Origin: Azolla caroliniana
Lineage: Eukaryota; Plantae; Polypodiophyta
Assembly (NCBI GenBank): GCA_043228905.1
Contig: JBHGNT010000012.1
Span: 16,678,001-16,742,000, forward strand
DNA: 64,000 nucleotides
Reading direction: 5' to 3'
Part shown: positions 10,136 through 21,700 of the stretch, piece after piece
How positions within the stretch are numbered: the stretch's first letter is position 1
Layout: each line of letters starts with the position of its first letter
Position numbers and translations under genes: made by a program
The notes under the pieces: generated by a model
Database searches by the model: none
Told to the model about the DNA's origin: nothing
What the model saw: only the letters and a program-made list of their open reading frames with translations

Positions 10136-13100
10136 AAACTAAGAGTCGGTTGGTCGGACAACCACCCGAGCCGACTGTTGGCATAAAAGGTTGACTCCTT
10201 CCACTTTGTATCCTAGTGTAAACTCGTCCATATAGTTAGTGCTTACTATATAAGTGATAACCTAACGTTGTAAAGATGAGAGATTCTTCTAGCGCACATT
10301 ATATATTGGGTCTCTGAGAGAGAGACACAGAGAACGTAATAGAGCTTCCATTAAAGCTTCATCTGTGTATCTAACATTTTTCTATATCTTCTTGCCCTCC
10401 TTTTGTGTTGTTTGTTGAGCATAACCGATAGGTCCTCACATACGTTTTTGCTCATATCTGCAACTAGTATCAAAGCGATCTGCTACTCGACAACAACAGA
10501 CAATAGAAAAGGCTGAAAGAAAAGACCAAGTTAGTAAATCTCACTTCCGAAAGAATCATGGCATCAACATCCGGTACAGGAGTTGAGATCTGAAAATTTG
10601 ACGACAAAAACTTTGCCTTGTGGAAGGAGATGATGCAGGATATACTGATTATTCGAAGACAGGTCGAGGCCATTCAACACTCCGAAAAACCTGCTTCAAT
10701 GTCAGCCGATGTGTGGAGATCAATGGATGAAATCGCACGTGCCACCATTTGAATGCACCTAGCCGAAAATGTCTACTTCAGCATGGCAAAAGAGACGACA
10801 ACGTTCTCATTATGGGAGAAGCTACAAGCCGTGTACGAGAAAAAGTCCTCATCTTCAAAACTGATCTTGATCAAACAACTGTTCAACATGAAGATGAGAG
10901 AGACCGATCCGGCTACCTCTCACATCAACACTTTCATCCGGGTGTTGTCAGAACTCTCCTCACAAGGGATCAACTTCGAAGAAGTGAAAGCCCTTGCCCT
11001 CCTATTGAGCTTGCCCGCGAGTTGGGAAGTATTTTGCACGACATACACCAATAGCCGACCGATCCTAAATATGTATGAGACGATCGGCCAAGTCCTCATC
11101 GAGGACATTCGGCGAAAATCGATGGGACTTACCATCGATGAATCGGCAGAAGCCCATCACTCGACCGAGTTGTTCGACCGACAGAGTTGAACGAGAGAAC
11201 AAGCCGACAAAACTGGCTGGAGTACCAACTGATCGAAAACGAGAGGAGACCGACAGTGGTCGAAGTCGAGAACGGACCGATCAGGCGAATTCTGCACACA
11301 CTGCCGAAAAGCTAGCCACAATGTTTCCGACTGCCAGTCAATCAAGAGAAAAGAGAGTGGTCGGCGATCCGAATGGAATCGAGGACGACCCGACTCAAAC
11401 CACTCTCCAGTCGGCAACGAAGTTAATGTTACCGACACCCGATTTAGAGAAGTTCTCTCCTTAGAGGACACTATGATCGGAGAAGTCCTCTATAGTGCAC
11501 AAGATGCACACACGTGGTTACTGGATTCTGGTGCCACATTCCACGTGACCCCCAACATCGAACGGTTCTCAAACTATTCAGCCGACACCAACGGCACAGT
11601 TCGACTACGAAACGGGCAGGAGTGCAGAATAGCAGGGACCGGAGAGGTTCCCATCATATTGCCAAACAGAAACACAATAACCCTACACCGAGTTCGGCAT
11701 GTACCCGATCTGAAAAGGAGTCTAGTCTCCATTGGCATGCTAGCCGAAGATGGGTATCGAACGACTCTTAGTGAGTCAACATGGATGATCTACTGGGGAA
11801 ATCTCAAAATTGGGAGTGGACACAAGTATAATAACTTGTACCTATTAATGGCGATCAATCCAGAAGGGACCATGAACGTAGCCGAAAAGACCGACCCAAA
11901 CTTATGGCATGGCCGATTCGGTCATATGTCTCAAGCCGGACTTGATCGGCCGATGGCAGTTGGCTACATCCCTAAACTCCAAGCAAATACGAACTTTTGC
12001 GAGCATTGTCGATTTGGGAAACAGACCCGAAGTCCGCACACTCTCCACTACGAGATGGTACGAAAGCCCCTAGAGCTCATGCACACAGATATATGTGGGC
12101 CCATGCTAGAGCAATGACTAGGAGGATCCCGATACTTCATCACCTTTGTAGATGACTATACACGGAAGGTCTGGGCCTACTCGATCAGGTCCAAAGACGA
12201 AATGCTCGAGGTCTTCACTCAGTGGACATCTGAAGTGGAGAACCGGTTAGGACACAAAGTGAAGACACTCTGATCTGACAACGGAGGCGAATATACCTCT
12301 AGGACCTTCAAACAGTACATGTCCAACAAAGGGATCGGGAATCAAAAGACCATTCCTTACACACCCATGCAGAATGGAGTGGTAGAACGGATCAACCGAA
12401 TGATCCAGGAGAGGGTGACGACAATGCTCCAAGAAGCTGGAGTTCTGGGGTGAGGCATTGCAGACGACAATATACTTGGTAAATCTATCACCGTCGAAAG
12501 CTATCAGGCTCGAAGTGCCACATGCACTATGGTCAAGCAAACAACCGACCTACGATAGGCTCTATGTATTCGGATGCGACGCCTACGCGTTCATCCCCAG
12601 GGAGAAAAGGACCAAGTTGGCACCCCATGCGACGAAATGCATATTTCTCGGTTATGGAACCGATGGGGACTTTGGCTACCAACTATGGGACCCTGAGAAC
12701 CGGAAACTGATCCGGAGCAGTGACGTAGTCTTCAATGAAGACACTATCTTCTCTCAACACAACCAGCAGAAAATAGTTGGTAGAAAGGTATCCTTCAAAG
12801 ATAATAGAGACGTCGTAGAAGGACTGTCCCACCAAGCCGACTCAGAGATTCGACAAACAGTCGAACTTGACCAAGCCGACAACATACCTGGTGACTCTGA
12901 ATAGGTTGGAAGTCCACCAATCGAACTCGAAGACAAAGCCATCAAAGACAGAGCCAATTCGACAAGAGTCGAAGAAGGCAAAGTCAACAAGATGCGAGTA
13001 GGAAAAAGAACCCAGTCGACAAAGTCCATTGGGGAAGACAACGTGACACCACCGAAATCCCGACTTGGGGGCGAGTAACCTAACAAGACCCCTAACACAA

Positions 13101-14200
13101 ATGGTTCAACAAATACCGATCGCCCAATAGAGTTGATCAAAGAATCCGAACCCCTTATCTCGGTACCCAGGAGATCTAGACGAGCTCGAAGGCCAACAGA
13201 GTTTTTTCAACCGGGCCTCGACTATGTCAACTACACCAATGCGGGTGAACCAAGCACTTACGAAGAAGCTATGGCCGCAGCGGACGCTGAAACATGGCTA
13301 CAAGCCATGAAATCCGAAATGGACTCAATTCACAAGAATTAGACATGGGAGCTGGTCGATCTACCAGTTGAAGAAAGTCGCTACCTTGCGAATGGATTTT
13401 CCGATACAAATATGTATTCGACTCAGAAAAAACCAAGTACAAAGCTCGGCTTGTCGTGAAGGGATTCAAACAAGAATACGGGGTCGACTACGACGAGATA
13501 TTCTCACCAGTAGTCAAGATGACCACCCTCCGTCTCCTACTAGGTGTTGTGGCGACAGAAGACCTAGAGCTAGAGCAGCTGGATGTAAAGACGACATTCC
13601 TACATGGAGATATGGAAGAAGACATCTACATGTCTCAACCAGCTCACGGCGGCGGGGGAGGAGAGTCACTTCGTATGTCGACTGAAGAAAAGTCTCTATG
13701 GCTTGAAACAACCTCCAAGGATGTGGTACTAGAAGTTCGACCCCTACATCAGGCAACTTGGATACCGCCAATCCGACTCCGACCCATGCATGTATATTCG
13801 GCAACTGGCCAACGAGTCTAGGATTTATCTGATCCTATATGTCGACGACATGCTAATTGCAGGAAGCAATCAAGTAGAAATCGGAAAGCTCAAGCGGAGC
13901 CTTCACGACAAGTTTGCGATGAAGGAACTCGGACAAGCCCGTCAAATACTGGGCATGAGGATCAAGCGAAATCGGACGACAAAGACTCTCCGACTATATC
14001 CGGAAGGTGCTGAAGCGCTTCAACATGGAGAATACGAAGCCAGTACCAACACCGCTCCCGACATCGATCAGACTATTGGACAAAGACTCTCCTTCCGCGG
14101 ATAAGGTGAGAGAGCTTAATGGAAAGTTTCCCTACGCATCGGCCATAGGAAGTATCATGTACGCAATGGTGACGACCCGACCCGATCTAGCCTACGCCGT

Positions 14201-15810
14201 ACCTAGTTGTTTCCGCATCTTCGATGATCCTTCTCATACCACATCTTCTAAAGTTAGTTCGGAGAGGTAATCGAGTTTCAGAAGAATGAATCTTACCATC
14301 TTTGAAGAATATCACCCCTTTGTCTATCACTTCTTGATAGTTATCACACCCTCCTCTTGAACGGTTGACGTTATCACACCATATACATCTTCTTTCATAA
14401 TCTTTTTGGGGCTGTGAGGATTTTTCTTCTTGTAGCTTTGCAACATGTAATGAAAGATCTCTTATACCTTTGATAAGATCATCCATCACTATTTTAGGTC
14501 CCAATATCCTCCCTGATGGTTGTCTTCACTTCATCAGATTGAGAATTGATCTCTTTCATACCCCTGGCAATCGAAAGATCGTCACACTATTGGGCTCTTT
14601 TGCTGATTCTATTGTAGGCTTCATGTACTCAATTCCAATCGTGTAGTCCAGACCAGTGGGTGTAGTCTAGTCTTCAAGGAATGCAACTACTTTCTCTTGA
14701 TAGGATCGGTCTGATGCCTTCCAGAAAAATATGACCTTCTCCAGTTCCAAAAGAGTCCTTTCAATCGTTGTTAATGGGTTATAATGAAGTTCAAATTCTT
14801 TTAACAAGCAACGCAATCATTAGAACTTGTTGCGAGTTCAGAGACTTTATTTCTCAAAGGGAGTTCAACCATCCTCACAAAATTCATTTGAACTTCATGT
14901 TGGTTTAACCCTTTACTACCCATCTCAATAACATATACTTGTAAGAATTTAGATATATTTTTACCTTCAAAGAGACCTATTTTCTCTACAAGCTTGTCAA
15001 TAGCATGATCGATTCGTTGAAGAGCAGTTGCACGTTCTTGGCTTTGCATCATTCTTTCAATCATTTGCAACACCACGTTGATTTGTGGTTCCACAATGGC
15101 TTCTTGGTTGATTAGTGGCTCTGGGACAGCTTGTTGGTCCTCCATCTCTCTTAACTTCCTTGTTTCACGTCGGGTTCACCACTGTGATGTTGATCACGGC
15201 GTAAGTGTGCAACAGAAAAAGAAAATGCTTCTTGTCAAAGAAAGAGGAGAAACGAAAATAGCTTGTATTGATATATCAAGATTATTACAACAGTATTTCT
15301 TGCCTATCTAATTACAATAGTATTTCTTGCCTATCTGATTACAATAGTATTTGACATCTACTATTATCCCCCCCTTGGTAAGGTTACTCTTCCCCTTTTT
15401 GTACATGAGGAAGGTGGGTGCATGAATGGCAAGTGTTACCCATGTATTAGGAAGGTGGATGCATGAGTGTTAAGTGTCACCCATGCATAAGAGGCACCTA
15501 CATTAGTGGGTAATAGCTTTAATAGCTAAAATACTTGATAAAAATGTACTTTGAATAAGTATTTAGCTTAATAAGTGGGTAATAACTTTAATAGCTAAAA
15601 TAGCTGATAGTGATAATAACAAGTGTGTTGATAATAGGTATTCCGCTTTAAAATATTTTACTCGATATTATGTTTTATCGTAGATTCAATTAGCTATTAT
15701 CATCCTATGGCGAGTGTTTTTATCAAGTTATTAGCTATCTCTTAGCTAAACAATCATTTAAAAAGTTTTGAATCAGTTCATATAATTTGGTAGAGGTTAT
15801 TTTCTCATCA
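14201..15810 (-). mobile_element. Truncated Ty3/gypsy-type element nested in the copia: 5' LTR 15185-15810, tRNA-Trp PBS, gag remnant
   Basis: LTR TGATG...CATCA. 15164-15181 TTCACGTCGGGTTCACCA equals the 3' end of plant tRNA-Trp plus CCA as I recall it. Gag-like pieces FEGKNISKFLQVY and RRCIWCD...C...GVIFFKDGKI...PLRTNF. Confidence 0.8.
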
Positions 15811-16404
15811 TGGCACGAAAAGTTCACGACAACGTGTTCAGATACCTTGTGGGCACAAAAGACCATGGCATCCTATTTGGCCCGAATAGAATGCCATGGT
15901 CGGTTATACCGACTCAGACTTTGCCGGATGTGTGGACAGTCGAAAGTCAACAACCGGATATTGTTTCAAATTCGGCAATGGAGCAATCTTGTGGAAATCG
16001 AAACTTCAGAAGTGCATTGCCACATCAACAACCGAGGCTGAATATGTAGCCGCGTCCGATGTTGTGAAAGAGGCCTTATGGCTCGGTCGACTAGCGCACA
16101 CGTTTCAACAAGTTGACTCCGACTCGGCTCCAGTTGTCTAAAGTGACAGTCAGGGTGTTGTTGCTCTATCGAAAAATCCAGTTCATCACAACGCCTCCAA
16201 GCATATCGACGTTCGATATCACTTTGTTCAGGACTGTGTCATTTTTGGGAAAATCGGCCTTGAGAAGATATCGAATGTCGATAATGTCATAGATGGGATG
16301 ACCAACTGCCTTTCAACATATCAATTCCGATCCCTTCGGCACCAAATAGGTGTAATGAAGAATCAATCCGATTGAGTTGGACACTCAGGATGGTTTCAAA
16401 CAAT

Positions 16405-17290
16405 CATCTCAGTTACCGCCATTGTGCGGTCCAAGTATCATCTGCCACTGTTCGATTCGGCGGAGTTCACTCCTCCATTGCCTCCATTCTACACTCAGTT
16501 GCCGCCACTGTTCAGTCCAAGCATCATTTGCCAAGTTCACTCCTCCATTGCCGCCACTCTACACTCAGTTGCCACTATTGTGAAGGTCATATATTGCTGC
16601 CACTTTTTGATCCGACGAAGTTAACTCCTTCTCCACTACCGCCATTGTACTCTCAGTTGTCGTCACTGTGTGTTCCAAGCATCATCTGCCACGGTTCGAT
16701 CTGACGGAGTTCACTCCTCCATTGCCATCATTCTACACTCAGTTGCCGCTACGGTTCGGTCCTAGATTGTTGCCACTTTTCGATTTGACGGAGTTCACTC
16801 ATCCATTTCCATCATTCTACACTCAGTTGCCGCTACTGTGAAGGTCGTGTATTGCTGCCACTTTTCGATCCGAGGGAGTTCACTCCTTCTCCACTGTCGC
16901 CATTGTACTCTCAATTGCCATCACTGTGCGTTCTAAGCATCATCTACCACTGTTTGATCTGACGGAATTCACTCCTCCATTGCCATCATTCTACACTCAT
17001 TTGCCGCTACTGTGAAGGTCGTGTATTGCTGCCACTTTTCGATCCAAGGGAGTTCACTCCTTCTCCATTGTTGCCATTCTACTCTCAGTTGTCGTCACCG
17101 TGCGTTCCAAGCATCATTTTCCACAGTTGGATCCGACGGAATTCACTCCTCCATTGTCGTCATTCTACACTTAGTTGCCACCATTGTTCGGTCCTGGATT
17201 GCCAAAACTATTCGATCAAATGGAGTTCACTCCTCCATTGCCGCCATTCTACACTCAATTGTTGCCACTGTTCGGTCCTGGATCGCAATA
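16405..17290. repeat. Complex tandem array, ~60-80 bp units with core GGAGTTCACTCCTCCATTGCC..CATTCTACACTCAGTTG
   Basis: The core recurs about 11 times with alternating spacers, suggesting higher-order structure. Confidence 0.9.
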
Positions 17291-18219
17291 ACTATTCTGT
17301 TTGTTGATTATCTTGTGTATTGTTGTGTATATAATCTTGTGTATTGCAGAATATTTTTGTGTATTGTTGTTGCCCATAGCCATCTTTAATACGTGTCTTT
17401 TTTTCGTGAAAATTAGCGTTTAAACCCGTCAAGCCAAATGGAAGGGGAAGGAGGGTGTTTAGAATTACCCCTCAATGATCATCAGGATAGGGATGACATG
17501 ATCAAGACACAACAAGCGATACGAAAGTATTGGGCAGAAAAAAAAAGAAAACATCGTCAATTTTTGAAGGATACGAAAGCCACACTCACTAAAGGTAAAG
17601 ATATATTGATTGCGATATAGGTCTAAATATCATTAAGAATGGAAGTAATGAGACTACTATCATAGAGAGAAAGGTTGTAGACTATTTCAATGTTCAAACC
17701 AAGCACATCAGCAATGAAGACAAGAAGGTAGTACTTTATGGAATATTAAATGATCCATCGATGAAGGAGTTAGTTGATTGTGATGGTCTTAATGCAAACA
17801 TAACATATGTACTAGTAAATAATCTCTGTAATAGTTTCGTATCCATGAGCAGGTCAGAAGATGATCTTGTCTTAAAAAGGTCTAGTCTAATGATGTTACT
17901 TAATAGTGATGTTGATGATATTAACATCAGTGTGCTATCTAAGGTAATTGGTGTTAGTAGAAAAAGTGCGTAGAAAAAGGAACTAGTTTGCTAAAGCTAA
18001 CAACAAGATGTAAGCCAATGACACCCATAACATCAGAAATCAAGGATATAATCCCAATATTTTGGACTAATGAGAGTAGGGTTTCACCCAATAAGAAGGA
18101 TTTACGCAGGAAACGTGTTGGAAGGAGTCAATACGAGGAGCATCCCATTCATCTTCTTGATGTACCTCAGGTATTTACAATTATCTCAACATTTGTTTTG
18201 ACTTTTGAGCTTAGTTAGT

Positions 18220-18741
18220 TCGCTTATTAGCTACCTCCGAATATGACCATACCAGAATAACTAATTACCTACCTCAGAATATGACCATAGCTAACTAGCT
18301 ACCAGTAATAGCTAATTAGCTCCCTCAGAATATGTCCATAGCTACCTAGCTACCAGTAATAGCTAATTAGCTACCTTAGAATATGACCATAGCTAACTAG
18401 CTACCAATAATAACTTAATAGTGATTGCCAATAGCTAATTTAGCTATTACTAGCTAATTTGCTACAAGAATAGTTAATTAGCTACCTAAGAATATCGAAC
18501 ATAGCTATTTAGCTACTAGAATAGCTAATTAGTCACCAATCATAGCTATTTTGCTACCACAATAGCTAATTTGCTACCAGACAAGCTAATTAGCGGCTTA
18601 TGAGTATAGCTAATTAGTTGCTTATGACTATAGCTAATTAGCTACCAGAATAGCTCATCCCCTACTAGAATAGCTAATTAGCTACCTAAGAATATGAGCA
18701 TAGATATTTAGCTACCAAAAAGCTAATAAAATGTGTATGAC
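18220..18741. repeat. TAGCTAATTAGCTA palindrome array, left part (transposase intron)
   Basis: Many exact and near-exact copies of the 14-bp palindrome; the array continues at 24066. Confidence 0.92.
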
Positions 18742-21700
18742 TGATGGAAAATCAATCGACACTTTCCAAACTTCACCTCTCGGCCACAACCAAGGAAACA
18801 CACGAATCGTTGTTGCAGAAAATGGGAAATGCGAGAAATAGAGTGGACACACGATTTAACGTGGAAAACCCTGTACGGGAAAAAAACCACGGGAGTACAA
18901 GACTCCGAACCAAAACTATGCACAGAGAAGTATACAATGGCGAGCTGCAAGGCGACGACCTTGAGCTCGCTGTCCTCGCCACAGGCGGCGAAAATACACA
19001 GAGGCGTCGACCTCTTCCTCTCTCACGCTCTATCTCTCTCACGGCTGCTCTCTCTTCACTCCTCTTGAGTGGAAAAACAGAAAAATGAGTAGCAACATTA
19101 AAACTGTTTGCCCTAAGTCATATTTATACACATATGACTTTGGGGCTATTTACAACTATAGCCTCAAGGGCCCTTGGCAAACATATTCACAGATATGTCC
19201 CCGCATCCGGATCTCTCTCCGGGTACATTCGTCATCCGGCTCCGAAGCCGGGGTCTTCATCATCCGGTTCCGAAACCGCAACCGGGCTTGTCGGCATTCA
19301 TCTCCGATATCCGACCATCCCATCCGAAGGGACCGTAATCCCAACAAACTCCCCCTTCACTTCGGCATGGGATGTCTCTCCAATCCGATCCTCTTCCGGC
19401 ATGCTTCCAGCTTGTCGGGTGTGAGCACCTTGGTCAGCATATCCGACCCGTTCTCGTCCGTGTGGACCTTCGTCAGCACGAACTCCTTGTCTTCTATCCT
19501 TTCCCGGATCCAGTGATATCTTCGCTGGATGTGCTTCGTCCGGGAGTGATAGGCCACGTTCTTCGCAAGGTGGATGGCACTCTGACTGTCGCAGTAGAGT
19601 CGGTACTCCTCCTGCTGGATACCGAGCTCTCTAATGAAGTCCTTCATCCATATTATTTCCTTGCCGGCTTCAACAGCCGCCATGTACTCCGCCTCCGTGG
19701 TTGACAACGCAACCGTCTTCTGCAGCCTCGACTGCCATGAAACAGCTCCCCCTGCATAGGTCATCACATACCCGGATGTAGACCGGCTGGTATCTGCATC
19801 AGCCGACATATCCGAATCGGTAAAACCGTCAAGTTCGGGCTTACCGGAGCCGAATCGGAGGCACACGTTTGCCGTGCCCTTCAGGTATCGGAGTATCCAC
19901 TTGACCGCGTTCCAGTGCTCTTTGCCAGGGTTGCTCATGTACCGGCTCACCACTCCGACTGCATATCCTATGTCCGGTCTCGTACACACCATGGCGTACA
20001 TCAAGCTCCCGACGGCTGAGGCATATGGCACTTTCATCATATCCTCCTTTTCAGCCTTTGTCTTGGGACTTTGCTTGTTGGACAGCTTGCAGTTTGCCGG
20101 GAGGGTCGATCCGACCGGTCTTGCTTCCGACATGTTGAACCGTTTAAGCACCTTTGTCACGTACTTCTCCTGTGACAGCCACAACTGCTTCTTTCTCCGG
20201 TCCCGGATGATGTGCATCCCTAGTATTTGCCTCACCGGACCCAGGTCCTTCATTGAGAAGGTTCGGTGAAGAGCCTTCTTCAGCATCCGTATCTTGACCT
20301 GGTCCCGTCCGACGATCAACATGTCGTCCACGTATAGGAGGAGTATTAGAAGGTCTCCTCCGTCGAACTTCTTCACAAACACGCAGTGGTCGGACTGCGT
20401 TTTGTAGTACCCTTCATCGGTCATGAAGGAGTCAAACTTTCGGTACCACTGCCGGGGAGCCTGCTTCAAACCATAAAGGCTCTTCTTCAACCGGCATACC
20501 AAGTGCTCCTTCTCTTTCTTCTCGAATCCTTCCGGTTGCTACATGTATATCTCTTCTTCGAGGTCACCGTGAAGGAATGCCGTCTTCACGTCCATCTGTT
20601 CTACCTCGAGATCCATGCTTGCCGCTATGCTCATCACCGTCCGGATAGAGGTCATCTTCACTACCGGGGCAAATATCTCGTCGAAGTCGACGCCCTTCTT
20701 CTGCTGGAACCCCTTCACCACGATCCTGGCTTTGTATCTCGGGGGGTTTCCGGCATCTCCCGGTTTCAGCTTGAACACCCACTTGTTACGGAGTGCCCGT
20801 TTTCCTTTCGGCAACTCCACAAGTTCATATGTGTGGTTCTCATGCAGGGAATCCATCTCCTCCTGCATGGCACTTAACCACCTGCGGCTATGGGTGTCAT
20901 GCTTTGCTTCTTCAAAGCTCTCCGGCTCCCCCTCGTCGGTTAGCAGCACGTGCTCTGGTTCCGGAAATCTCCGGGGGGCCCTTCTCTCTCTTAGAGGATA
21001 TCTCCGTTCCGGAGCTTCGGTAACCGGTTCTTCCGATTCTTCTTCATCCGAATCCATTTCGGGATCGGGGCCGGTTCCGGTATCATTTTCATCTTCTTCG
21101 GCCGGTTCTGTTTCTTCACCGTCTTCGGCCGGATCCTCGAGTGCTAACCGGTCCCTTGCCGGTCGGGACTGCTCCTCGTAGAGTTGATCCTCACCGGTCG
21201 ACTTGGAGCTCTTCATCTTCTTCTCCGACTCCCAGTCGGCGAGTGTCTTGTTCTCCATGAAGATGATATCACGACTCCGGAATATCTTCTTGTCGACCGG
21301 GTCCCATACTCGGTAGCCGAACTCGTCATCGCCGTAACCGAGGAATATGCATGGCCGGGTCTTTGGATCTAGCTTTCCTCTCCGGTCCTTTGCCACATGC
21401 ACGTATGCGAGACACTCGAACACCTTCAGATGCCGGTAGGATACTTCCCTACCGGTCCACACTCTCTGCGGCGTGTCTCCGTCCAAAGGTACTGAGGGTG
21501 ATCTGTTTATCACGTATGTCGCCGTCGACATCGCCTCAGCCCAAAACCCCTTGGGTAATTCCGCATGCGCCAACATACTCCGGACCCTCTCCATTATGGT
21601 CCGGTTCATCCTCTCGGCCAGCCCGTTCAGTTCCGGCGTCTTCGGCACAGTAAAGTCGAGCCGGATTCCCTTCGAGCGACAGTACTCCGCGAACTGCCCC

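Larger units (their letters stand above)
9738..16375 (+). mobile_element. Decayed Ty1/copia (Tnt1/Tork-like): 5' LTR ~9738-10462, gag-pol 10558-16375, interrupted at ~14201-15830, no 3' LTR
   Basis: PBS TAGTATCAAAGC at 10465. Motifs [78 protein letters not shown] and KHIDVRYHF. Many stops and frameshifts. Confidence 0.92.

Noticed and set aside
16374-16385. GAGTTGGACACT as the left TIR matching the right end GAGTGGAAACACT
   Set aside because: The match needs a gap and mismatches, the flanks (GATT versus GCAT) give no TSD, and it may simply be copia 3' UTR. Left end left unresolved.
16405-17290. Repeat-spacer appearance suggesting a CRISPR array
   Set aside because: The spacers are themselves repeated, the repeats are degenerate, the context is eukaryotic and there are no cas genes.
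20539-20547. Programmed stop-codon readthrough
   Set aside because: The stop is in the middle of RT at a conserved Q/E position; a single point mutation is the simpler explanation.
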